This document shows positions 29,324-41,193 of a DNA stretch of 64,000 bases, in pieces. The notes under the pieces were generated by a model that was not told where the DNA came from, searched no databases, and saw only the letters and a program-made list of their open reading frames with translations. The DNA is from Prorocentrum cordatum (lineage: Eukaryota): the NCBI GenBank assembly GCA_963575745.1, contig CAUYUJ010000257.1, positions 1 to 64,000 on the forward strand. The letters are read 5' to 3'. Position numbers and translations under genes: made by a program. Numbering within the stretch: the first letter of the stretch is position 1; each line of letters starts with the position of its first letter.

Positions 29324-30126
29324 ATGATGGTGGTGGTGATGATACTGTTGGTGATCGCGCTTCCTGCGCCACAGCATCGTCATTTGCACTGGCCCTGGGC
29401 CCCCGAAAATCAGGAGAGCTAGGAGGATGATGATGATGATGAGGAGGAGGAGGAGGAGGAGGAGGAGAAGGAAACGGAGAAGGAGGAGCAGGAGGACGAG
29501 GAGGAGAAAGACGTGGAGGAGGAGGAGGAGGAGGAGGAGGAGGAGGAGGAGGAGGAGGAGGAGGAGGCTGATGAGGACGGAGGAGGGAAGGAGAAGGGAG
29601 ACCAGGGGAGTAAAGGGGATGGGATGGGTGGGAGAGGGGGCTTCGGGGGCGGAGGGGCCAGCACCGAGGGATGGGGGGGTTGGAGATGGGGAAGCCGTAG
29701 GAGCAGGAGGAGAAAACGAATCATACTACACATAAGAGTAACACGAATAACCAGAAGCAGGAGACCAAACATATTTCGAACAAGCCAGATTAATCTTACT
29801 ATTAAGAATATCAGTACGAAGAAGAAGGTGACTGCCAACACTAATAAGGTGGCTGACGCGAACAATACTACGACACATAATAATACCAAGTCGCATACGA
29901 ATACTCATAAGACAGATAAGAAGAATACGTCGGAGTAGAACAGTACTCATAGTAACCCACACACTCGTACCAATACAGGTCAGAAGGTGGCGAAAGAGAA
30001 GGAGGAATATGAGGAGAAGGAGGAGGAGGATCATGAGGAGAACGTGGAGGTCACGGGGGAGGAGACGGAGGAGGCACGCCCGCAAAGGACCCCCCTGGGC
30101 CACCCCTGGTCCGAGGCCGAAGCCAG

Positions 30127-30237
30127 GACCCGGCACAGCCCAAATGTCTTCCAGCGAGCAGCCCCGGTCCCTCGTCCGCCTCCCGCGCGCGGCGCGTGGC
30201 CGCACGCCACGCCCCGCGCGCCCAGGCGACGAGGAGG
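30127..30237 (+). CDS. Candidate exon (PGTAQMSSSEQPRSLVRLPRAARGRTPRPARPGDEE)
   Basis: gccag|G acceptor, phase-1 start compatible with 27474, G|gc donor. Confidence 0.4.
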
Positions 30238-30702
30238 GCCCTCGGGCCAAACCCAAGGGGTCCACGCAGGCTTGCCCAGTGGAAGCCCACGCCAAGAGAC
30301 CCTGCCTGGCTCCAGGGTGCCCTGGGTTTCCTGGGTTTCGGCGGTTTTGCGATGGGAGGCGTGGCGTTCGCGCACCAGGGAGCAATGGACGTCCTGGGGT
30401 CTCAGGGTTGGGTTTCCTGTGGAAGGTTTCCCGTGGTCGAGTCCCCACTGTGCACCCCGACCTTGCCCCTTCGCGGGGAGGACCAAGGACAGGCAGAGGC
30501 CACCCCCGCGGGCACAGAAGGGCACCCTCCGCAGCCGTCAGCGGCGGCCGCCCCTCCAAGCGGGAAACAGGGCTCGCACAGCGCGCGCGAGCCCTCTCTC
30601 CAGCAGCTCCGCCCCCTCCCGCCCACGCCGGGAAGGGCGCCGCTAGAAAACCGAAGCGGATCCGGCGCCAGGCCGCCTCATCGCGCCGCGCGGCGGCGCA
30701 CC

Positions 30703-31015
30703 TCAGGGCATGGGGCCCGAGGCCCTGGACACGACCTTCGCCAGGCACGGCAGCATCTTCCTCGGCACCCACTCCGACGCATCGCGCGTAGCCCACGTGA
30801 TGAGGACCCGGCTGCCCTCGTTGAGCCGCACGACGTCCCAGTGCCCGGCCAGGATGTGGCGTCTTTGGCTTCCGACGTCGCCGACGCGGAACGGCTCGAT
30901 GACCGTGATCACGTCCGTCACGGCAAGGGCCGCACACTCGTCCGAGACGGTCTTACGCTTGCCGTCGGACTCGAACTCGTATTGCTGCTCCTCGCACTGC
31001 TCTTCGCACTGCTCG
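30703..31015 (-). CDS. Terminal coding segment with a small beta-rich (SH3-like) domain
   Basis: High-GC3 minus-strand frame EQQYEFESDGKRKTVSDECAALAVTDVITVIEPFRVGD...HWDVVRLNEGSRVLITWATRDASEWVPRKMLPCL ending at TGA 30703. The 5' side runs into a (CCT)n tract. Confidence 0.55.
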
Positions 31016-31319
31016 GGAGGAGGAGGAGGAGGAGGAGGGGGAGGAGGAGGAGGAGGAGGAGGAGGAGGAGGAGGAGAAGGAGAAGGAGAAGGAGGGGGAA
31101 AGCGGATGGAGGAAGAAGTGGACGCGCTGGAGGAGCAAGATGAGCCTGAAGAGTTGGACGACAAGGAGTGCTCGGAGTTTGAGGAGGGAGGGGAGCGGCG
31201 GAGGACATGGGGAGGGGAGGTGGAGGCGGATGGCGGGGAATGGGAGTGGACCGGAGCTTGTGCCCGTGATTTCATACATCCGTCGCTCAGGGGCTCAGGA
31301 CCTCCTGGCCCACCCTCCC

Positions 31320-34300
31320 TACTATCGAAGGCGCCTACGTCGAATCACCGCCGCCTCCTTCCTTTTGGAATCGCCCATGTGGCCGAGCGTTGTGGCGAGA
31401 GCTCTGCCAAGCTATCGGACCATGTGTTCCCCCAACCGTTGTGGAAGCCCTTCGGGAAACGAAACACTTGGAGGAGGATGGCGGGGAAGATCAGGAGGAG
31501 GAGGAGGAGGAGGAGGAGGAGGAGGAGGAGGAGGAGGAGGAGGAGGAGGAGGAGGGAGGAGGAGGAGGAGGAGTAGGAGGGGAAGGAGAAGGAGGAGCAG
31601 GAGCAGGAGGAGGAGGAGGAGGAGGAGGAGGGGGAGGAGGAGGAGGGGGCATCGTGGGAGCCTCTTGGGGTACTCTTGGAGCTTCCTGGGAGCTTCCTGA
31701 GGGCCTCTTGAAGGCCTCTCGGGGGCCTCCTTGGGCCTCTTCGGGGCCTTTGGGGGCTTCTTGGGGGCCTCTTTCGCCGTCTTAGGGTATTCCTGGCCCG
31801 TCGGACGCCGTCGGAAGGCGTCTTGGGGGCTTCTCTGGGGCCCTCTTGGGGTGCTCGATGGCCGTCTTGGAGGCTATCTTGGCCATCTTGGAGGCCCTCC
31901 TGGGCCGTCTTCGGGCCCTCTTGGGGCCGTCTTGGGGGCCTCTTGGGCCCTTCTGAGGCCATCCTGGAGGCCTCTTGGGCGATCTTGGGGCGATCTTTGT
32001 GGGCTCTTGGGCCATCTCGGGCCGCCGGGAGGCCGAACAGAAGCAAATGCCACAGTCTTTCAAATTCCGAAGGGACATCAATGATTTGGGCCTCTTCGGG
32101 CCTTCCTGGAGGCCCTCTTGGAGGCCTCTTTTGGGGGCCTCTTGGGTCGTCTCAGGCCACCTGCGTGCCATCTTGGGCCGTCTTGGTGGGCTCCTGGCCC
32201 GTCTGACGCCGTTGGGAGCCGTCTTGGGGGCCTTTCTGAGCCGACTTGGGGCTCCCATGGGGTGCGGCGGCCTCTCGGGCCGTTCTGGGGCCATCTTGAA
32301 GGCCTCTTGGGCCCTCTTGGGGTGATCTTTGAGGTCGCTTGCGCCGTCTCGGGCCGTCGGAAGGCCGAAAAGAAGCAGATTCCACACTCCTTCAACAACG
32401 TAAGGAACATCAGTGATTTGAGCCTCTTCGGGCCTTCCTGGTGGCCCTCTTGGAGGCCTCTTGGGCCGTCTTGGGGGCCGCTTGGGGGCCTTTTGGGGGC
32501 CTCTTGGGCCGTCTTCTGTCATCTTGAGGCAGTCTTGGGCGAAACGCTCATTCTTATCACAAGGCGTCTTGGGCTAGCGGCTAGGATCCCCGAGATCGCG
32601 ATTGCGTGAGGATGTCCCGAGCGACATTGCCGTTTTGGGAGACGCGGGCTGCGCGGCGGCGCGGTCTTCTGGGTGGCCAGCGGGGCGCGCAGAGGCTCCC
32701 GCGGAGAGTTCTTTTGGAATAAGAGCCGACACTAAACCGTGCACGCCAAGCATCCGTGTGGCACGACCACAGGGGGCGGCGGATCGAAGACGCATACGGC
32801 GAATCTCCGCCGCCCACTGCCTTTTTGGAAGCGCCCCTGTGGCCCAAAGTCGGGCTAGAGCTTGACCAAGCTATCGGACCACGTGTTCCCCCAGCCGTCG
32901 TTGAAACCCTTCGGGGAACACTTGAGCAAGAGGAAAACGAGGAGAAGAAGGAAGGAGGAGGAGGAGGAGGAGGAGGAGGAGGAGGAGGAGGAGGTGGAGG
33001 AGGAGGAGGAGGAGGAGGAGGAGGAAGAGTAATAATACTAAGAAGGCGAAAACAACACATAATACTAATAACAATAAAACTAATACTAATAATAATACTA
33101 ATACTACTAATAATAATACTAATAATAATCATGATAATAATACTAATACTAATAAGACTGCTAATGCTACTAATATTAAGATGACGAAGACGACGAATAC
33201 TATTAATAAGAACAGTAAGGGACATACGAATAATGATAATACTACACATATGAAGAATAGTATTAACACTAATAATAAGAAGAAGCATACTAGTAATACC
33301 AAGACGACGACTACTAATACTAATAATAACAATAATAATAATAATAAGACGAGGAAGACGAGGAGGAGGAGGAGGAGGAGGAGGAGGAGGAGGAGGAGGA
33401 GGAGGAGGAGGAGGAGGAGAGGGAGGAGGAGGAACGCTCTTGGGAGCCTCTTGGGGCACTCTTGGATCTTCCTGGGAGCTTCCTGAGGGCCTCTTGGAGG
33501 CCTCTTGGGGGCCTCCTTGGGCCTCTTGGGGGCCTCTCAGGCAGTCTTTGGGTATTCCTGGCCCGTCTGACGCCGTCGGGAGCCGTCTTGGGGGCCTCTC
33601 TCTAGGCCGACTTGTGACCTCTTGGGGTGCTCCAGGGCCGTCTTGAAGGCCCTCCTGGGCCGTCGTCGGGCCCTCTTGGGGCCGTCTTGGGGCCCTCTTG
33701 GGGCCGTCTTGGGGGCCTCTTGGGCCTTTCTGAGGGCATCCCGGAGGCCTCTTGGGCGATCTTGGGGCGATCTTTGTGGGCTCTTGGGCCATCTCGGGCC
33801 GCCGGGAGGCCAAACAGAAGCAAATGCCACAATCTTTCAAATTCCGAAGCAACATCCATGATTTGGGCCTCTTCGGGCCTTCCTGGAGGTCTTGGGGGCC
33901 TCTTTGGCCGTCTCAGGCCACCTGCGTGCCATCTTGGGCCGTCATGGTGGGCTCCTGACCCGTCTGACGCCGTCGGAAGCAGTGTTTGGGGCCTCTCTCG
34001 GCCGACTTGATGTCCTCTTGGGGTGCTGCAGGGCCGTCTTGGAGGCCATCTTGGGCGTCTTGGAGGCCCTTGGGGGCGTCGTGGGGCCCCCTTGGGGCTG
34101 TCTTGGAGGCCTCTTGGGCCGTTCTGGGGCCATCTCGGAGGCCTCTTGGGAGATCTTGGGGCGATCTTAGGGGACTCTTGGGCCGTCTCGGGCCGTCGGA
34201 AGGTCGAACAAAAAGCAAATGACAACATCTCTCAAACACCTAAAGTAAATCAATGATGTTGGTCTCTTCGGGCCTTCTTGGAGGCCCTCTTGAAGGCGTC

Positions 34301-35660
34301 TTGGGCCATCTTGGAGACCTCTTGGGGGCCTGTTGGGCCGTCTTGGGCCATCTTGGAGCCATCTTGGGCCGTCTTGGTGGGCTCCTGTCCCGCTTGACGC
34401 AGTCGGGAACCGTCGTTGGGGCCTCTCTGGGCTGACTTTGGGCCCCCTTGGGATGCTCCAGGGCCGTCTTGAAGGCCATCTTGGGCGTCTTGGAGGCCTC
34501 TGGGGCCGTCTTGGGGCCCTCTTGGGGCCGTCTTGGGGACCTTTTGTGAGGCCATCGATGTTAACATCGCCATTTTCCGAGCACCTCTCGTGCGAAACGC
34601 TTATTCTTGTCACAAGGCGTCTTGGGCCAGGATCCCGAGATCGCTACTTGTTGAGGGTGTCCCGAGCGAAACGGCAGTTGTTTTGGGAGACGCTGGTGGC
34701 GCAGCCGGCGGGCCAGTTCGGGTGGCTGGCGTGACGGGCCGAAGCCCCATGGGGAGAGCTCATTAACAACACAGGAACCAAAACAACAAAACCAGACCAG
34801 GAGGAGGAGGAGGAGGAGGAGGAGGAGGAGGAGGAGGAGGAGGAGGAGGAGGAGGAGGAGGAGGAGGAGGAGGAGGAGGAGGAGGAGGAGGAGGGGGAGA
34901 GCTCATGAACAATACAAAAAACCACAACAAAACCAGACCAGTAGGATCTAGCACGCCGGGCACCCCTGTTGCAAGACCACAAGAGGGCGGCGGATCGAAG
35001 ACGCCTACGGCCCATCCCGCCACCGTGCCTGGGTTCTGGGTATGAAGCCCATCGGATGTCTGTTGGGATCTCGTGTGAGGCCTTTCGGAGGCCTCTTGGA
35101 GTCAGTTTGAGGGCCTCTGGGGGGCCGTTTTGGGGCCTCGTGGGGCCTCTTTTGGACCTCTTGGGGGCCTTTTGGGGCCTCTTGGGGGCCTCTTGGGGCC
35201 TCCTGGGGGCCTCTGGGGGTCTCCTGGGGGCCTCTTGGGGCGGAAGGGTCGGATTGTCGGTTCTTGTTCCCTCTCTTGGGCCTCTTGTGGCCCTCTTGGG
35301 CCGTCTTGGGCCCCCCTAGAGCCGTCTTGGGCGCCTCTTGGGCCGTTTTGGGGCGCTCTGAGGCCGTCTTGGGGCCCTCCTGGAGGCCTCTTTGGCCGTC
35401 TTGGGGCCGTCTTGGCGGTCTTGGGACGGTCTGGCGCGTCGAAAGCCGAAAAGGCGAGACCGCCACAACCCCTTCCAAAAACCTTGGGAAACTCAATGGT
35501 TTTGGCCTCTTTAGGGCCTCTTGAAGGACTTTTGGAGGCCTCTTGGGCCATCTTGAGCGTCTTGGAACGATCGTTCGGCGACTCGGGGCCCTCTTGGACC
35601 GTTTTGAGGGCTTCTCGGGGCCCTCTTGGCTCGTCTTGGGGCCCTCGCTTGGGCCCAAAA
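31320..35660 (+). repeat. Complex satellite built from ggcctcttgg / gccgtcttgg 10-11-mers, with kb-scale higher-order duplication and an embedded (TAA)n tract
   Basis: 31320-32720 resembles 32780-34760. The same satellite occurs at 24380-24490 and 55210-55990. Confidence 0.9.
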
Positions 35661-36459
35661 GTTCACGCGCCCAAAGCCCTGGGAGACCCGGGAAGCCCCA
35701 AGGAGATTTCGGAAATTGGGGTCCGGGCTTTGAAGATTCCTGAGGACTGAGGATTGAGGCTGAGAGGATGGGGCCCACGACCTGAGGACACGCCCAATCC
35801 GTGCCCAGAGGCACGGAGGCGGATCAATGTAGACGATGGTCGGCCGGTTGCGCGGCGATGCCTGCGGGCGCCCTTCATGTCGGCTTCTCGCTGTGGTTGG
35901 CTACCTTGTGTGACTGTACCAGTCTTCTTCCGCGCAGCCTTCGGCTGACAGGTCGGGACGACGCCTGCTATTCTCGGGCAAACGTAAGACTCGAGTACGC
36001 CGAAGCTCGGGTTGGCCGACGCTTTGTGACGACCGCGTCCTGGATTGTGACAGTCCAGTGTTCGTGGGTGTTTGCGGCGGCAGTTCGCGTCAAATGTCAG
36101 ATCGCCTCTCGTCATTTTCACGATGGCTCCGTCAGGCCAGCCCGCGTCCCCCGAACCAGAGTCTTACGTCTCCCCGATGCGTGCACCAGCACCGGTCCTG
36201 GCCAGGCCTGTCCTGGGCCCCGGATCGGTGTTCAGGGGCAGCGTCAGGGGGGGATCGGCTGAGGGGAGGAGGAGGAGGAGGAGGATTTTTACCGCTACGC
36301 TGCTCTCCACGGCATCCCGCAGTCGGCCTGGCACTGGGCGCCAGGCGGCCGTCGAGCACGGCCCTTAAATGGCACAGACAAGTCATACATGCCATGAAAA
36401 CCTTATATCAGGGCCACGCCCCCACGCCACGAGAACGGGAGGCTGGGCCAGACACAGGC

Positions 36460-39400
36460 CTAGGTGGTATTAAAGAGACGAACAACACTGTTAGCATCCG
36501 CATCAAGCCAGACGTCCGAGAGCTTGGGGTGCTTGCCAGCCGAAATTCTGTCCCAATAATATTTAGAATATTTAAAATTGTGTGGCCTACCTGGACATGG
36601 TTTAGCCAGTGGAAAACGCTTTACAACGGGCACAAACACAGACAATGCCGCCGTCCGAACACGCTAAACCCAGACAATTATGCTCCAGCTGCTGGAGGAC
36701 GTCATACTGGAGCTTATGCTTCTTTGAGCAACTCGAATTATTCCTCGGGAAAACCCCGCGGCACACCGCGAGGCAAAGATTACACTGCCAGAAGGTCCCC
36801 ACCTTCTTCCAGAGATGAGGCACTATGATTGGCACTGGCTTCGGCTCGACGGGCGCACGAGTGGCCAAAGACAAGTCGAGCGGAGGCCAGAGAGGCAAAA
36901 TCCGGGCAGCCAGAACAAAAACCTTGCGAACGACCGACAAACATTTCTCAAGCCAATCTAGCTGCTCGGGGCTCGGCTTCTCGTGAGCTAGGGCCCCAAG
37001 TTTAGCATAGTGGTCGGCAAGGTCATTCCCAGTCTTACAGAACTTCAGATAGGCATCGTTTCCCACCTGCTCGTCCGTCATGTGGCCTTTCACTTTGTGG
37101 ATGGGCCCCATTTGACTGTCTGCGGTCCAAACAAACATGCCCGAGTGCACTCGCTTGTACGACAAGTGTTCACTACGGGGGAGGGCCCAAAGGGCCACAA
37201 CATTCTGGCAATCGCTATAACCCACAGCTGGAGTGACCGCATTTTGGCAAGCAGCAGTGCAGGCAGCAAATTCACCAGCCTGAGCCGTTTGGGGAATGGG
37301 GTAAGGGAGGGGGGCATAGACATGACCCAGTTCCTGCCCAGAATCGGAAACCGAGACATAACTCCACCCCGTTCTCGATAATTCTCTTACGACCGAACGT
37401 ATACAAGATCCATCCATAAAGATATTCCCCGAAACAGTATAATCGTCTTTCCCAGGATCGTCAAAATGCTGATATATAGGCTCGCACTTTGACGGGGGAG
37501 GGAAGAAGTCACCAGGGTGGGTAAACAAACCCAACGTGTACATTATCTTGTCAGCATCCGACAACGAGTCGTACTCCATCGGCCGAAACTGGAACCCATC
37601 TCCGAGGATGTCATCTCGGGCCTGGGCGACCGACTCGTGCTGGCAACACCACAACCTGTGGAAAATGGTGTCCCTTGCCACTTCGCACAGCGGGCACAAC
37701 GTGTCAGGCATGATGTAGCCGTGGTCCTCGGCTCGCGCCTTGGTCCAGGGCGCCTGGCAGACAAGACCTCTTATGCACCCTTTCTCGAAGGGAGTGAATT
37801 TTGAAGAACTCATGGCCGCAACGGCAACGTCGAAACACACGCGACGATCCAGGCCCAGGGACCGCCCATACTCACGTTCCAGATTCCTCAAACCAGCAGC
37901 ACGGAGGAGACGTTTCAGGAGGCAAGGCGAAACCAGGGTAAGGGAGACTTCCACCCCCAGGTCGTCGACCAGCATGCTGAAACTAGGCATCTTCCACCCA
38001 AGACGCTCCACCGAGAGCCGCAGGGCCCCCGCAGGACCGCGCACACGACGCCACGGCTGAAGAGGCCCCGAGAAACCCACAGCCCAGGCACCGCGGAGCT
38101 CGGTCAAGCTGAGGCCGAACTGGTAGGCCCCCACCAGGCAAGCCCAGACCTCCTTAGACCACCTCACAATGGGCGCGACGGACACGTACCAGGTGGGGTC
38201 GGCGGCAAACAGGAAGGCTGCCGTGAGAGATCTCCCTCCAGCGGAGGGTTGCAAGAAACGACCCATGGCTCTCCGCAGGGTGAAAAGCTCATGGTCCGAG
38301 GTGCCGTGCACCTCGCAACCGTAGGTTCGGCTGGCAAGGGGCCCTGTCGTGAAAACACGACGCGAGTGACGACCGAGGGTTCTCTTATGTCGAGCCAAAC
38401 GAGCAACCTTGGCCGAAAACAGGGTTTTACGAACTTTAAACCTTCCACCACGACGAGCGACACGACGGGGCCTGCCAGCAGCATCGTCGATGCCGAGGTT
38501 GACAGCGGAGTCACACGGCGCTCCGCCCACCGTGCCAAGACCTTGGCGCACGGCCTTAGCAACTGCAGAATGAGAGGCGAGCACAGCCGCCTTCTTGACA
38601 GCGATCGCGCAGCCAAGATCGCCCTCGATGACAACCTGCAATTTAATGGCCCCCTCCAGGAGGTCATTAACGACCGTCGAGGCGGTCCCTTGGCAAGACA
38701 GGGTGTAATCATCGATATATATATCTTCAACGAGACCGGTCTTGGCAAGCTAAGCCCATCTAAGGCGGCTATGCTGAAGACACGGATTAAAGTGGTCGCG
38801 AAGCCGCAGCCTGCCACTAATCCTCGCCATCATGCGAACTTGGGCCCGATGACCCTGCTGTTCATGGCGATGTAGCGGCAGGCGCGGTAAGCAACATCAC
38901 AAACTCTCGCAATCTGCATGGGGAAACCGTGTTGACGGCAACGCTGCAATAACAGATCCAAGTCGACCGACTCATAAAACTTGAGAAGGTCCCAGAGCAC
39001 CGAACTGGAACATAAATCAGGCGAAACAGCTTTCTCACTTCGAACGCATTGCCGCCAGACAGTGTCCACGCTCGATGCAAAAGAGCCCGCGGCGAAGAAG
39101 TCCCCGCCGTTAGCCACTTCCCACCTGCGAGCATACTCACGACGAGCACGGGCCCAAATACGATAAACTGACACGAATAATCCTATCGGTCTGTGCCCTC
39201 CGTCTGGCTTGGCAAGCATGATGAGCAACAGAACGCGCATCTGCATTGGCAAGTGCCCTGACTTCTCGAACGTGGCGATAAGGCGGGAGAGGACGACAAG
39301 GGCCTGATCCGAGAGGTGCTGGAAGTGGCTAACATGGAAACCGTCGACCGAGGTGGCCGTGTGCTTCGGGAAAGACCTAGAGACACGGCGAAGGTCAGCT

Positions 39401-41112
39401 GGGGTCAACTCGGGCAGGGGTTCGAGCGCCTCGAACCTGGCACCAGTCGACGGGGAAACCTGCTGGTCTTCGGCATGCCACAGATCAGAAAACTTAGCAC
39501 ATTCAGACTCAAGGAGGGCCTGTGGGTCCGAAACAACTTCACCTTTGACGCTGAGGGTGGTGGTGGGGGTCCAAGCTGGGGCCCCTCGAACAACCCCATG
39601 GGCGTGCCGAGCCCCAGACTCAATATTGGTCTTAAGCCAAGACACCCACTTACGGTTCTCAGCATTACGATGTTCATTCTCGGCCACAGCTTGGGCCTGG
39701 GAGACCGCATCCAGGGCATACTCGGGTTCCCCATAGACGACGGGCTGACCAGGGGGGCTGTGGGTGACGACATCCCTGCAACGCTGAAGCAGCGCGGCCG
39801 CGTGGCCGCTCCACTCTCCCAGCCTGACAGGGGGATTGAACAGCTCAGCAGCCGTGGCACAAAGATGGCTGCTGCGTGCCGAGCTGTGCTCGGCGCGTCC
39901 TGAGGCTGTTTTTTTTCCGATTAAACTGCTACGAGCAAAACGCGGGGAGGAGGGGGGCTCGGGCGCAGCCGTCGACGCTCCTAGGGCGTACAGCTGCAAC
40001 CAAAGCCGAAAGCGATTGCTGAGCCAGCGGAGCTGCGAGGCCAACTGCGACGTCGACGAAACACCTTCCATCGAGGCCGTGCCCGACTGCAGCGCGCTGA
40101 CCCAGTGCAGCTCCGCTTGGCGACCACGACTACCGTGGTGCGAGAGACGGCACTGAAATACCCCTTCGAGCTCCTTTTCAGCCGTGTTGGCCCAATGTTT
40201 GTAGATGGTGTCCAGATGATACTGGGTCACATCAGTCTCCCCACTCTCAGCCACCACCAGGGCTCGCGAGGCCAGCCGACCCAACACTCCCCACTCGGCA
40301 GGGGGCTCGGGGCACGGCCCCGCGGGCCTGCTGGTGGGCAAGGGTGGGGGACGTCGAACGGTCAAAGCCTTGAGGGACGCGAGGGAGGGGTGGAAGGTGA
40401 GGGAGACAGGGTCATGCGCCGCTAACTCCGAATCGCTCACTACCTTCACGCCCTTGATCGCCTGCGCAAGGCGGGAACAACAGAGGAAGAAATCGAACAT
40501 CTTCACGCCCCCAGTGCTACGACAGGTGCCTACAGCTCCAGGGGGGTGCACAATGTCAGCTCCCATCCTTCTGTGAATAGACGAGCCTGCTAGCACGGCG
40601 GGCTCCACGTTGAAGTCAGCTCCGACAACGAACGGCACCGTAATGCTCTTTGCTCGCGCCGCCACTCCAGCAAATATATCCTGATTGAAATCACTAAGTC
40701 CAACACAATCCTGCAAGTAGACACTAACAATGTAGAAAGAGGCCTGACCTGGGAGGTGGACGAGCGCTCCGAGGGCCCTGTGAGGCCGAATCGTGGGACC
40801 AAAATCGGGGTGGTGCAACCCAAGGAAGGACCTGACCAGGACCCCGACCCCAGCCGAGGGGCCTCCCCCAGGCCCCAGGGTTCCAGGTTCGAAGCTGGCT
40901 TTCCACCCGTTTCGCACACACCAGGCCGAAGCCTTCCTGATGTCCTCAGCGCTAATGAGCTTGTGCTCCTGGGCGAGCACGATGTGGGCAGAGGTAATAC
41001 CCAAAAACTGCTTGAGCGAGCTCCAAGCGGTGCCGTTAGCCGTCACTATCTCCAGTTCAATAGACTCCTGAGCAGCAACAAGATCTCCTTGGTCCCAAGT
41101 CGATGCATACAC
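36460..41112 (-). pseudogene. LINE ORF2 (APE endonuclease, reverse transcriptase, CCHC finger, RNase H, C-terminal Cys/His region) with three small lesions
   Basis: APE: IVTAN, LAQEH, VSVY, GADFN, FDFF, AHDPV. RT: TSVDG, LAKPDGGHRPIGL, DLLKFYE, GLVAGCGFA, IYIDD, NLGID. CCHC: CPLCEVARDTIFHRLWCC. RNase H: FMDGS, QAGE, YSDC, KVKGH, GNDLADHYAK. Lesions: in-frame TGA at 38830-38832, frameshift in (AT)5 at 38715-38724, frameshift near 36605 (tail LAKPCPGRP...RISAGKHP ends at TAG 36460). Confidence 0.93.
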
Positions 41113-41193
41113 GAGTTTCGCAGGGCATCCAAAACTGGGCAGGAGGTAGGGAGTCTAGGGTAGGAGAAGGGTGATGGCACGGCACCGGTCTGG

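Noticed and set aside
31345..35814. Pro/Arg/Gly-rich ORFs of 200-420 aa
   Set aside because: Products of the ggcctcttgg satellite; open on both strands, no domain motifs.
38828..38833. Selenocysteine or programmed read-through at the in-frame TGA in RT
   Set aside because: A 3-nt duplication explains it more simply, and the copy has other lesions.
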